From Eledone cirrhosa (lineage: Eukaryota): a stretch of 64,000 bases of DNA. A program made the translations under genes and the position numbers. Under the pieces are notes generated by a model. It made no database searches and was not told the DNA's origin. It worked only from the letters and a program-made list of their open reading frames with translations. Positions 43,722 through 56,849 of the stretch are shown in pieces (positions within the stretch are counted from its first letter, which is position 1; each line of letters opens with the position of its first letter). The DNA is taken from NCBI GenBank assembly GCA_964016885.1, contig OZ024760.1, positions 15,438,001-15,502,000 on the forward strand, written 5' to 3'.

Positions 43722-44052
43722 CCAGCTCACTTTGAAATCGTTATTCTCACTTTGATCTGACATGAGCTCATTTTGAAATCGTTATTCTTACTTTGATCTG
43801 ACATTAGGTCACTTTGAAATCATCATTCTTACTTTAATCTGATATGAGCTCACTTTGAAATCATCATTCTCACTATGAGCTCACTTTGAAATCATCATTC
43901 TTACTATGAGCTCACTTTGAAATCATCATTCTTACTATGAGCTCACTTTCAAATCATCATTCTTACTTCAATCTGACATGAGCTCACTTTGAAATCGTCA
44001 TTCTTACTTTGATCTTGACATGAGCTCACTTTGAACTGATATACCTCACTTA
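43722..44052. repeat. 30-42-bp degenerate minisatellite downstream of the filamin stop
   Basis: Unit GAGCTCACTTTGAAATCATCATTCTTACT(TTGATCTGACAT). Confidence 0.85.
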
Positions 44053-44206
44053 GAATTATTAGTAGTAGGAGTAGTGATGGTGGTGATGGTAGTTGTAGTG
44101 GTGGTGATGATGGTAGTAGTAATAGTAATAATAATATAGTAGTAGTAGTAGCAGCAGTAGTGGTGGTGTTTCCGTGTAAACTAAAGCCTAAGCTCTAAAA
44201 TGTGAA

Positions 44207-44500
44207 GCATATTATTAACACCACTGCGTCTTATCTGCTTTGCATATTATTAACAGCTCAGATAAATTCACTCCACTGCGTCTTATCTGTTTTGCAAATT
44301 ATTAACAGCACAAATAAATTCACGCCACTGCGTCTTATCTGTTTTGCATATTATTAACAGCACAAATAAATTCACGCCGCTGCGTCTTATCTGTTTTGCA
44401 TATTATCAACAACTCAGATAAGTTCGCTCCACTGCGTCTTATCTGTTTCACATATTATTAACAGCTCAGATAAGTTCGCTCCACTGCTTATCTGCTTTGC
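44207..44500. repeat. 52-bp tandem repeat overlapping the filamin stop codon
   Basis: Unit CAGCTCAGATAAGTTCGCTCCACTGCGTCTTATCTGTTTTGCATATTATTAA, ~5 copies. Confidence 0.9.
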
Positions 44501-44710
44501 TTTTCGCTGATTTACTTTCACCGTCGTTTGTTGCGTTCCTCTTTAGTTCGAACGGGTTGTCATAGATCTTGACGACAAAAGGACTTCCGGTGACGTTTTC
44601 GTCGGACCATGTCACTTGAATCACATACTCCCCTATTTCCGATGGTTTGTAGTCACATATAATTGTACGATTCGAGGAAGTACTTTTCCTCATGTGTACA
44701 TTGAAGGCGC
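44466..44710 (-). CDS. Filamin-like terminal coding exon (GAFNVHMRKSTSSNRTIICDYKPSEIGEYVIQVTWSDENVTGSPFVVKIYDNPFELKR...WSELI*)
   Basis: TTTCAG acceptor, in frame to TGA at 44468-44466; GAF.V.M....RTI.C.Y.P.E.G.Y...V.W....V.GSPF pattern typical of the jitterbug/FLN-2 C-terminus. Confidence 0.95.
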
Positions 44711-44714
44711 CTGA

Positions 44715-44755
<41 letters not shown>

Positions 44756-44756
<1 letters not shown>

Positions 44757-45132
44757 TGTTTCTACTTTTGGCACAAGGCCAGCAAATACCCCAGTGCATT
44801 ACTGGTACTTTATTTTATCGACCTCGTAAGGATGAAAGGCAAAGTTAACCTCGGCAGGATTTGAACTCAGATCATAAAGGGCCGTAACCTTTTGCTGCAA
44901 TCATAAAGGGCCGTAACTCTTTGCTGCAAGGCCGTAACTCTTAATAATAATTGTTTCTACTTTAGGCACAAGGCCAGCAAATACTCAGTGTATTACTGGT
45001 ACTTTATTTTATCGACCTTGTAAGGATGAAAGGCAAAGTTAACCTCGGCGGGATTTGAACTCAGACCGTAAAGGGCTGTAACTCTATGCTGCAAAGCATG
45101 ACGTCAGAACCTTTACCTATACTGCCAATCCA
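44756..45132 (-). mobile_element. Two SINE copies in the last filamin intron
   Basis: Family matches; the (TTA)n tail of one copy runs up to the acceptor at 44711. Confidence 0.85.
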
Positions 45133-45286
45133 CCATAATACAATGGTATATATAGAGTAATGTAAATGTTATGAGATAATTATGTGAGGTAAAGCCTTTA
45201 CCATGAAAATACAATAGTAAATATAGAGTAATGTAAATGGTAAAGGCTTAGATAGGGAATTCTAGGTGGAGAGAGGTGATATTTAC

Positions 45287-45454
45287 CTTTGGGTCCTTTA
45301 ATTTTGACAGCTAACTTCCCGTTTCCAGCACCGACTGTTTCCACTATGAAGTTGCTTTGATATGAATACAAAACACCGTCTTCAACGCCTGGACCATACA
45401 CCTTGACTTCCTTTGCATCCGGTGGATCTCCCACCAATACATTGAATGGACTAC
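45287..45454 (-). CDS. Filamin-like exon (GSPFNVLVGDPPDAKEVKVYGPGVEDGVLYSYQSNFIVETVGAGNGKLAVKIKGPKG)
   Basis: ACATAG acceptor and GTAAAT donor; 168 bp, phase 1-1; GSPF, V.VYGPG and GPKG motifs. From recalled sequence it closely resembles the jitterbug C-terminal repeat. Confidence 0.96.
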
Positions 45455-45472
45455 CTATGTTAAAAAACAAAA

Positions 45473-45540
<68 letters not shown>

Positions 45541-45569
45541 CAATCAAATTTTAGTTTAATACATTTAAT

Positions 45570-45616
45570 TGCTGACAATTGTTTCTTCCAGACGAATGTC
45601 TGGATTCATCGGAGCA
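45570..45616 (-). ncRNA. Hammerhead motif in a filamin intron, sense to the pre-mRNA
   Basis: UGCU-CCGAUGA-A-UCCAGAC(AUUC)GUCUGGA-A-GAAAC-AAUU-GUC-AGCA; compensatory stem II change relative to the 2406 copy. Confidence 0.75.
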
Positions 45617-45733
45617 TACACAATGTTTAACCAAGTGATTATAATCTTACTGGGGTAATCGGCTAGTGCTTAGTACTACCCTCCATATTTATAATTATAT
45701 CTAACTCATATATAAGTATAAATATAATTATTA

Positions 45734-45785
<52 letters not shown>

Positions 45786-46121
45786 GAAGAGAGATGAAAC
45801 ATTTAGATATAATTAGTAATAAAATGTATCATACCTAAACTGCTCCTAGATTCCTCGACTACGTAGTTTCGTGGCATAAACAAAAACAATACATCATAAA
45901 GATATAGAGTCCTTGCGAGGTCTGCCGACTTATCAAGAGGATACCTCATTTTACTAGCTTCAAGAACGCGTCTACGGCTATTTCTGGACTGAAATAGCCG
46001 TCGAAACGGCTTGAGCTCTGCCGTCGGGGTCATACTTGTTCCTATTACCCACTCTACTACTCTAAGTATTGAGTACTTTCGTGCGTTATGGTCCATCTGG
46101 TTCCTTACCACAATTCCTTCG

Positions 46122-46169
<48 letters not shown>

Positions 46170-46383
46170 GTATTTTTATATCTGTATTTTTAACCGCTGA
46201 TCAATCAATGATAAACATTGATCACCAAATAAATTAACTATGAAGATATAAAAGATAGAGAAGCGAAAACCAACGAAACAGTGAGTGTGTTCTATTATTT
46301 CTGACAATATGACCCTCACCAAGTATAACAATATATATAGATTAATACGTTATAAATACTAATAAATCAAAGTAATGTCATAC

Positions 46384-46533
46384 CTGGAATATTTTCTTGG
46401 TCGAAGAGAATCTGAAGAATGTAATGACCTGGAATATCTGGAGATAACTTAACTGTATATGTTCCTTTTGTTCTTTTAAACACATCACATTGGATCGGAC
46501 CCTCAACACTCCGACAGGAGGCTGTCAGATCTC
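46384..46533 (-). CDS. Filamin-like exon (GDLTASCRSVEGPIQCDVFKRTKGTYTVKLSPDIPGHYILQILFDQENIPG)
   Basis: AAATAG acceptor and GTATGA donor; 150 bp, phase 1-1; GTY.V...P..PG.Y motif. Confidence 0.94.
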
Positions 46534-46696
46534 CTATTTGAGATGAATATAGAATATTTTAGTTTTAAACATTTTTTTAAAAGTTTTTAAGTGTAATGCA
46601 TTTCAAGTAACCAAGTCAATCTGTCCAATCTGAGTTACTCCCCCTTATGAAACAAATTTTGACAGCCAGCAAAATAATCTTGTATAATATAATATA

Positions 46697-47340
46697 ATTG
46701 TTTCTAGTTTTTGGCACAAGGCGAGCAATTACACCAGTGTATTACTGGTACTTTATGTTATCGACCCTGTAAGGATGAAAGGCAAAGTTAACCTCGGCGG
46801 GATTTGAACTCAGATCATAAAGGGGGTGTAACTCTATGCTAGAAAGCATGGCATCCGACCCTCTACCGATACTGCCAATCCACTGCCTTCATTCACCAAT
46901 ATAATATAATACACCGTATTTCCCGGCGCTGAAGACGCTTCGTCCTCGAGGTCGCACCCTAATTTTGACAACCAAATATTTGAAAAAAAATAATAATAAA
47001 CAACCTTCGGCCTCCAGGATACAATGGTAGATTTTTGAGACTTATTTTAGGGAAAAAGTAGCGTCTTCAACGCCGGGAAATACGGTATTATGGAGGTGTA
47101 TATTAAAGCATATGCAATATGATAATGATTTCTACTTTAGGCACAAGGCCAGTAATTTGGGGAAGGGAAAGTCGATTAAATCGACCCCAGTACATTACTG
47201 GTACTTTATTTTATCGACCCCGTAAGGATGAAAGGCAAAGTTAACCTCGGCGGGATTTGAACTCAGAAGATAAAGGGACGTAACTCTACGCTTCAAAGCA
47301 TGGCGTCCGACCCTCTACCGATACTGCCAATACACCGCCT
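46697..47340 (-). mobile_element. Two SINE copies flanking the MITE
   Basis: Family matches at 46697-46885 and 47128-47340. Confidence 0.85.
46914..47085. mobile_element. Small Tc1/pogo-superfamily MITE
   Basis: ~27-bp TIRs CCGTATTTCCCGGCG.TGAAGACGCT. Confidence 0.8.
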
Positions 47341-47351
47341 TCATATGCAAT

Positions 47352-47645
47352 AGGTAGATAGATAGTTGATAGATAGATAGATAAGTAGATAGATATATAG
47401 ATAGATAGATTGATAGATAAGTAGATAGATTGATAGATAGATAGATTGATAGATAGATAGATTGATAGATAAGTAGATAGATTTATAGATAGATAGATTG
47501 ATAGATAAGTAGATAGATAGATAGATTGATAGATAAGTAGATAGATAGATAGATTGATAGATAAGTAGATAGATAGATTGATAGATAAGTAGATAGATAG
47601 ATTGATAGATAGATAGATAGATAAGTAGATAGATTGATAGATAAG

Positions 47646-47704
<59 letters not shown>

Positions 47705-47780
47705 GTAGATAGATAGATAAGTAGATAGATGGATGGATGGGTAGATAGGTAGATATCTGGGTAGATAAGGTAGGTAGATA
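47352..47780. repeat. (GATA)n degenerate tetranucleotide repeat
   Basis: Direct inspection. Confidence 0.95.
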
Positions 47781-47791
47781 TACACACTTAC

Positions 47792-47968
47792 CTGGTCCAG
47801 CTGCTGTCGTGTCGACATTCAATTCAATATCTTTATCCGCTATACACCCGATCAAATCACTGGTGTTCATTTGTACCCGTTTGATGTTACCCTTGGTAAC
47901 AACGCTGATCTTCCAAGGCGACCCCGGAATTTCTTTACCACTCCATTTAACATAGAGTAGATAGCTAC
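47792..47968 (-). CDS. Filamin-like exon ([60 protein letters not shown])
   Basis: AAACAG acceptor and GTAAGT donor; 177 bp, phase 1-1; Y.L.VKW.G..IPGSPW and VDT..AGPG motifs. Confidence 0.95.
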
Positions 47969-48326
47969 CTGTTTGTTGTTGTTGGTGGTGGTGGTGGTGG
48001 TGGTGTTGGTGGTGGTGGTGGTGGTGGTGTTGGTGTTAGTGTTGTTGTTGGTGGTGTTGGTAGTGGTGGTGGTGTTGGTGTTGGTGGTGTTGGTGGTGGT
48101 GTTGTTGTTGTTGGTGGTGTTGTTGGTGGTGTTGTTGGTGGTGGTGGTGGTGTTGTTGGTGTTGGTGTTGGTGTTGGTGGTGGTGTTGGTGTTGTTGGCA
48201 GTAATGATGTTGATGGTGGTGGCGGTGGTGTTGTTGTTTTAGTGGTTGTTTATTGGGTTTAAGGGAAAGAAGAAAAAAAAAACAATGAGATAATAGAGAA
48301 AACATTGGATATATGGAATTTTTAAA

Positions 48327-48395
<69 letters not shown>

Positions 48396-48455
48396 ACATA
48401 CACACAACTCAGACCGTCGCCAAGTCTGAAAACAACTGATTTCTTTCAGAGAGAA

Positions 48456-48496
<41 letters not shown>

Positions 48497-48555
48497 GTAG
48501 TAAGAGGCAGGTGTAAGGGAGGAGTAGTATGAGGAGGGTGTCAATACAATCTTAC

Positions 48556-48660
48556 CTGCAGTTGGTGCTGTGTATATACATTTATAGCGGTTATACTTCA
48601 AGGCATTCACCTCCACTGCAATGGCCTGTTGGATTCCTCGCATGGTCACGTCTGGAACGC
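48556..48660 (-). CDS. Filamin-like exon (GVPDVTMRGIQQAIAVEVNALKYNRYKCIYTAPTAG)
   Basis: TTTCAG acceptor and GTAAGA donor; 105 bp, phase 1-1; in frame with neighbouring exons. Confidence 0.92.
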
Positions 48661-48720
48661 CTGAAATTAGTTAGTAGTAGTAACAGTAGTAGTAACAGCA
48701 GCAGTAGTAGTAGAAGCCAG

Positions 48721-48767
<47 letters not shown>

Positions 48768-48916
48768 TAGACGGTTGTCCCCCTTGCTTCTGCTGGAGAC
48801 CACCAGAGGTCGTTAACCCCGGTGTTTGCATAGCTATGGCTTCCATAAACCGTGTTTCTTTAGAAATACGAAATTCCTATACATATTTGTATAAAGCTAT
48901 GCTTGAAGTGAAATCT

Positions 48917-49007
<91 letters not shown>

Positions 49008-49156
49008 ATAATAATAAACGTGAAGACTAAAATCCGAAGAGGGTTCGATAAGGATAATATATATAAATATATATAAAAACAGTAGAGCAAATAATTATAA
49101 CAGATTATACACCCGTTAAGGTTAAAGCATTGATTCTTTGCTTAAACTTTAATCTG

Positions 49157-49212
<56 letters not shown>

Positions 49213-49471
49213 ATATGTATAATATATATATGTATATATATATATATGTATGTATAATATATATATATATATCTTTTTTAACCTGTTAGTTTTTTCGTTT
49301 CTCTGGTATTGTGTGTTAGGTTTTGCCTACCACAATGTTCAATTTGTCAAACTACTTAAACATATGTTGTTATTCTAAGGACCTACCCTTATTGAGTGCT
49401 TTGCTAACTCATTCATTGTAGGTCGACTTTGCTTGCCCACAGCCAAAGCTTCGATTTTACTAAGCTTGCAC

Positions 49472-49529
<58 letters not shown>

Positions 49530-49706
49530 GATATTAATAAATGGAAACTATATTTATAAAACCATATTTATTTCATTATACATATTTCAGGGATACCAAA
49601 TTAAAATATGGTATGCCTTCATCAGACAAAATACAATATATAAACAGTTTTATAAATAATTTTGACGTACCCTATTAAATGCAACCATTATTTTTGGAAG
49701 CTGTCT

Positions 49707-49760
<54 letters not shown>

Positions 49761-49789
49761 ATATATATATTATATATATATTATATATA

Positions 49790-49841
<52 letters not shown>

Positions 49842-49981
49842 TTGATGAAATGTCGGGAGAGAGTCTGACCCCGAAGATTATGACCGAACACTGAGCTAAT
49901 CGATATTGAAACAATTGTTAGTAATATCCGATGAAGTTCATTTATTGAGCTTATTTGTATATATATATATATATATATATG

Positions 49982-50027
<46 letters not shown>

Positions 50028-50334
50028 TGAGTTTTCCGCTAGATCCCATCTGATTAGCAATTCTTGATATTGTTCACTTGTTCATTGGCGAAACACGTGT
50101 CAATTATTTAATAAATGTTAGTCCTTTAACTGTGAAATTGTTATATTCATGTTATGGCCAGCCGCAGGTGCGAGCCCCGCGAGTTGGAGTGGCTTTTCCA
50201 GCGTGTCTCCCTTGCCGTCCTCCGGGGAAACGCCTTCTACATTCTGTCCGCCGGGGCTGTGGGTGGGCCCCATCGCAATACATTAGTTAAATACCATTCT
50301 TTCATCGTTACAACTTATATCCACATTAATGACG

Positions 50335-50378
<44 letters not shown>

Positions 50379-50471
50379 ACGAGTTGTTATGTCTTCATTG
50401 CGTTTATTGAGTAGTGACGCTCATTTCGCTATTGATCAGCTCAAGGCTCGATCTGTATCGATCTGGTCCGA

Positions 50472-50539
<68 letters not shown>

Positions 50540-50775
50540 ATGAAATGTCAGGGGAGAGTCGGACCCCGAAGATTATTACTATATATATGTCCCAAGGCTC
50601 TGAAACCATCAACACCATAAACACAGCTGGCATATCTAAGAACTGACTAACTACCTGATGAGGTCATAGCCATTCAATGGCTATCATTGAAATATATATA
50701 TAGCAGTAAATAAAGATTATGAGTTCATGCAATTGACTTATGTTTCGTCACTATATATATATATATATAAATATA

Positions 50776-50836
<61 letters not shown>

Positions 50837-51371
50837 CAGGAAAGAAGGCTTACATGGTTTGCTATACAAAAAAGTTTTTAATCACATAGCTTACATAAGC
50901 TATGTGATTAAAAACTTTTTTGTATAGCAAACCATGTCAACCTTCTTTCCTGATTTATTATTACTCCAAGTGTTTACAACATAGGAATTACAGCATACCC
51001 GCAGCATCACTATGAAAACGCCTTGTTGAGTCAAACCAAGCCAAGCGTTAATATCATCCACTACCTGGAATACCATAACTGGACTTCACCTAAGTGGACT
51101 GCATTTAACTATTATTTGTTAATCCGTATATATATATATATATATAATAGGAACTAGTAAGACCCCGACGGCTGAGCTCAAGCCGTTTCGACGGCTAATT
51201 CTGGACAGAATTAGCCGTCGACGGCTAATTCTGAGTCCAGAATTAGCCGTCGAAACGGCTTGAGCTCAGCCGTCGGGGTCTTACTGGTTCCTATTACCCA
51301 CTCTACTACCCCAAGTATTGAGTACTTTGGTGCGTTATGGTCCACCTGGTTCCTTACCACATTTTCTTCGT

Positions 51372-51460
<89 letters not shown>

Positions 51461-51596
51461 TATAAATATATATATATAAATATATATATATAAATATATA
51501 TATATAAATATATATATATAAATATATATATATAAATATATATATATATAAATATATATATATATAAATATATATATATAAATATATATATATATA

Positions 51597-51693
<97 letters not shown>

Positions 51694-51712
51694 AAAAGCT
51701 AAAAAGACTTAC

Positions 51713-51898
51713 CGTCGCCAGCTTTCTGTCCGTCAACAATAAAGTCTGCTGGGACTGTAGCTCTGGCCTGTTGGCAGCCATCACCGTGGACGAGAACCTT
51801 AGTGGAATCGAGAGGAGGCACTTTACCCGGACAATAACCAAATAATGGGGATATCTTCAGTGGCAAATTCTTCCAGTAGATATGAATGTAGTGGTCAC
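51713..51898 (-). CDS. Filamin-like exon ([63 protein letters not shown])
   Basis: AACTAG acceptor and GTAAGT donor; 186 bp, phase 1-1; D..KV.V.G.G and F.VD...AG.G filamin motifs. Confidence 0.93.
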
Positions 51899-52074
51899 CT
51901 AGTTAAAAATAAAAATGGTTAATTATTTTAACATCAACCAGGTGTTGATCTTAGCGACTGCTTCTCGATAACTCATCTATGGACACACACAGGCCATGCG
52001 GGAGAGGGTGGTGATGACCTCTATCACTGAGAAACGCGGGTGACTGACGAAGGGGCATACTGGGGGGGGGGGGG

Positions 52075-52684
52075 GAGTTTCGAATTTGAACGAAATGTGA
52101 GAGCTAGAGTCGAAAAGGCGGAAATTTGAGCGAAAAGGTGGTATTTTCGAATATTTAAGCGGCTGCCACGCCGTTCCTGAACAAAAGATCCACTTTAAGA
52201 CGTGAAATAATCAGATCTAGCGTAGTGTAAAATTTGAACAAAGTAGGTTGATTAATGTGGGAGCTAAAGCCGAAAAAGTGGAAATTTAAGTCGAAAAGGT
52301 GGTATTTTTTAATATTGAAGCGGCTGTCACGCCACCCCTGAACAACAAATGCAAAATATAAAGCCATTACAGGATGTCCAATGATAAATTCTATTTTGCT
52401 TTAAAATTTGAACGAATTCGGTGGCAAAATGTGGGAACTAGAGCCAAAAATCTTATTTTTCGATACCTAAAAAAAGGGGACGCCCCTATCGATTTTTATC
52501 TGCAGAATGACCCCGGAATAAAAAAAAAAAAAACGATACGCTGATATATAGAAAACATTCCCCGATGACTAATCTATGAGCCTGTAAAATTTCATGAAAA
52601 TCGGTCGTAAGATGTTGGCCCCTCTAGGTAATACACAGACACACACACACACACACACATACTTAATTTTATATATATACAGAT
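52075..52684 (-). mobile_element. Probable second Helitron-like non-autonomous element
   Basis: Minus strand starts TCTGTATATATATAAAA followed by (TG)n; AAATTTCATGAAAATCGG-type motif; internal degenerate repeats. Left boundary is uncertain. Confidence 0.5.
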
Positions 52685-53499
52685 ATTTCAAGGGTACCAA
52701 AATTTTGGTACGCTTTCCTCGGATAAAATACAAAAATTGGTTTACAGATAGTGACATATTCAGACAAGAACTTAATGTTGTGAGTTCTATTTGATATATA
52801 TATGTATATATATATATGATATAAGATCAAAAGATGGTTAAAAGAATTCCAAGTATTTTATTATGCGCATTTCCAAAACAAATATCATGGGATGATATCT
52901 GCGTTCTCATCAGATAAAACAGGGAGACATGATATGAAGCTTAAAAAACACTTGTGAGCAGTGAAGTTTTAAATCAACATATTGATTTAAAACTTCACTG
53001 CTCACAAGTGTTTTTTAAGCTTCATATCATGTCTCCGTTTTATCTGATGAGAACGCAGATATCATCCCATGATATTTGTTTTGGAAATGCGCATAATAAA
53101 ATACTTGGAACTCTTTTAACCATCTTTTGATCTTATATTATTTATACTCCAGTCCTATAAACTGTAGAGTGCTACTTATCCGATATTTGCATTGCTTCAT
53201 TGTACTACAATAAAACTCACCCCCTACATACATACATATCTATATATATATATATACAGAGAGAGAGAGAGAGAGAGAATTTAGTATATCTACTAACATA
53301 AGCGTACAGATGTACGCTAATTCCAGCAAATACACAGGTTATGTTATAGTACCTAGGTGGTTCAATGCAGGAGGATGCAGAACAATAATATAAAAGACGT
53401 GAAATAAGAAAATTAAAAAAAAAATTTTTTTTTTTAAATTAACTGACTTACTAAAGTTAATTTTTAAAAAAAATTTTTTTTTAATTTTCTTATTTTACG

Positions 53500-53554
<55 letters not shown>

Positions 53555-54849
53555 TATATTGTGTAAAGAGAATGACATGAATGAAATCAATTCAGAACAG
53601 TTGCACTCCCGTTTTTTTTATCGTCTCACTTTCAATTGTGATTCATGTAATCTAAACTAACAAAATATATAAAATAATTAAATATAGGATATTTTATAGA
53701 TCGTGACGTTTATGTGTGACTGAAGGACAAATATCGTCATAGTATTGTTATAGTATTGCTTTAATACAAAGAAAACTGTGTGTGTGTGTGTTTATGTATG
53801 AGTGTTTATATATGTGTTTATGTATATGTGTTTATGTATGTACATATGTGTGTGTATGTATATATGTGTGTGTGTGTATGTATATATGTGTGTGTATGTA
53901 TGTATGTATGTGTATGTATATATATATGTATATATACATGTATATGTATATATATATATATGTGGTATATATATATGTATATATATATATGTGTATATAT
54001 ATATATATGTGTATATATATATATGTGTGTATATATATATGTGTATATATATATGTGTATATATATATGTGTATATGTGTATATATATATATATATGTGT
54101 ATATATATATATATGTGTGTATATATATATATATATGTGTATATATATATGTGTATATATATATGTGTATATATATATATATATGTGTATATATATATAT
54201 ATATGTATATATATATGTGTATATATATATGTATATATATATGTGTATATATGTGTATATATATATGTGTATATATGTATGTATATATATATGTGTATAT
54301 ATGTGTATATATATATATGTATATATATATGTGTATATATGTGTATATATATATATGTATATATATATATATGTGTATATATATATATATGTGTATATAT
54401 ATATATATATGTGTATATATATATATGTGGTATATATGTATATGTATATATATATATGTGTATATATGTATGTGTATGTATGTGTGTGTGTATATATACA
54501 TATATATATGTATGTATGTGTGTATATACATACATATATATATGTATGTATGTGTGTATATATATATATATATACACACACACATACATATATATATATA
54601 CATACGATATATTAACAAATGGAAACTATATTTATAAAACCATATTTATTTCATTATACATATTTCAAGGACACCAAGTTAAATTATGGTGTGCTTTCAT
54701 CAGATAAAATATAATATAGAGCAGTTTTATAAATAAATATTGACATACCCTTAAAGAATGCGACCATTGCTGTTGGAAGCTCCCGGATGTGTGTGTGTGT
54801 GTATATATATATATATACATATGGAGATACATATATATGTACACATATA

Positions 54850-54881
<32 letters not shown>

Positions 54882-54938
54882 CACATATATACACACACAC
54901 ACATATATATATATATATACACACACACATATATATAT

Positions 54939-55063
<125 letters not shown>

Positions 55064-55072
55064 CACACACAC

Positions 55073-55103
<31 letters not shown>

Positions 55104-55282
55104 TATATATATATACACACACACACATATATATATATACACACACACACATATATATATATATATAGACATTTGTTACAAAAGGACCGTGAGTAAAAAA
55201 AAAAAAAAATTCCTATGATTATTTGGTTGCGTGGTTGTATTGTAGAAATTTTCGTGTGTGAAAGTATGTTAATGGCATGTGA

Positions 55283-55354
<72 letters not shown>

Positions 55355-56849
55355 TGGGTGTAACTAGGAGTTACTGAAGGTTCACCCGGGAGAGCACTCG
55401 ATGTTTAGGTTCACTTCTGTGATGATGTGTAGAGCTATACAGAGTGTAAAATATAGAAAGGATAAAAAGGACGATTGATTATTCCTTCATTGCATTTATT
55501 GATAGGTGACGCGCGTTTCGCCACTGATCAGCTCAGGGTTCGATCTATATCGATCCTACCCGACTCAATAATCGGCAGCTCGACGGACCCTCTTAAAATG
55601 CTATAAGAAAAATATGTATATATGTACATATTTTTCTTATAGCATTTTAAGAGGGTCCGTCGAGCTGCCGATTATTGAGTCGGGTAGGATCGATATAGAT
55701 CGAACCCTGAGCTGATCAGTGGCGAAACGCGCGTCACCTATCAATAAATGCAATGAAGGAATAATCAATCGTCCTTTTTAACCTTTATATATATATATAT
55801 ATATATATATAATGTGTGTGTTTCTGGGAGATTTTGTGTGTGTGCGCGTAATTCTTTTTATGGTGAAGTGTGTGTATATGTATGTGTGGTTGTGTGTGAT
55901 TTTGTGATTGTTTGTATCTGTATGTGCCTGTATGTATGTATATGTGTGCCTGTATGTATGTATATGTGTGCCTGTATGTATGTATATGTGTTTGTATGTG
56001 CTTGTATGTATGCCTGTATGTATGTATGTGTGTTTGTATGTATGTGTGTTTGTATGTGCTTGTATGTATGCCTGTATGTATGTATGTATATGTGTGCCTG
56101 TATGTATATATGTGCCTGTATGTATGTATGTGTGTCTGTATGTATCTATGTGTGTTTGTATGTGCCTGTATGTATGTATGTATGCCTGTATGTATGTATG
56201 TGTGCCTGTATGTATGTATGTGTGCCTGTATGTATGTATGTATGTATGTATGTGTTTGTATGTGTGCTTGTATGTATGTATGTATGTATGTATGTATGTG
56301 TGTTTGTATGTTTGTATGTTTGTGCGTGTACCTGTATATATATGTATGTGTGTGTGTGTCTGTGTGTACCTGTGTATATATATATATATATATAATGTGT
56401 GTGTGTATATTGTTAGCCTGGGTAAAGAATGATGAGAATGACCTCAGAAGGTGGATGACGTCACTACTACCTTGTATGAATGGCTGCAGGACATTAGACA
56501 ATATCTGTAAGCAGTAGCTAGGTGTTCTTAAACAAGGTAGAATATGAATCAACAAAAGAAGCAGAGACGGACTCACCTAGAAGCTAAATAAACTATAGCT
56601 TAGGGCCAGACACACCCTGGGGGCTCTCATTTAAAAAAAACAACATTTTTTTAATGTTATCATTATTTTATTTTATTTTATTTACCATCGTAAAAAAATT
56701 TGGATCTAGCTGTTGAAACGGCTGGAGCTCAGCCGTCGGGGTCCTGAATCTTTTCTTATCACCCACTCTACTACCCTAAGTATCGAGTACTCTGGTGCGT
56801 ACCTGGTTTTTTTGCCACACTCTATCTGATATATTTATATATATATTTA

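Noticed and set aside
50058-50106. AAUU-CUUGAUA...GAAACACGUGUC-AAUU hammerhead candidate (similar halves near 29640 and 36205)
   Set aside because: Core is degenerate or missing; counted only as decayed fragments.
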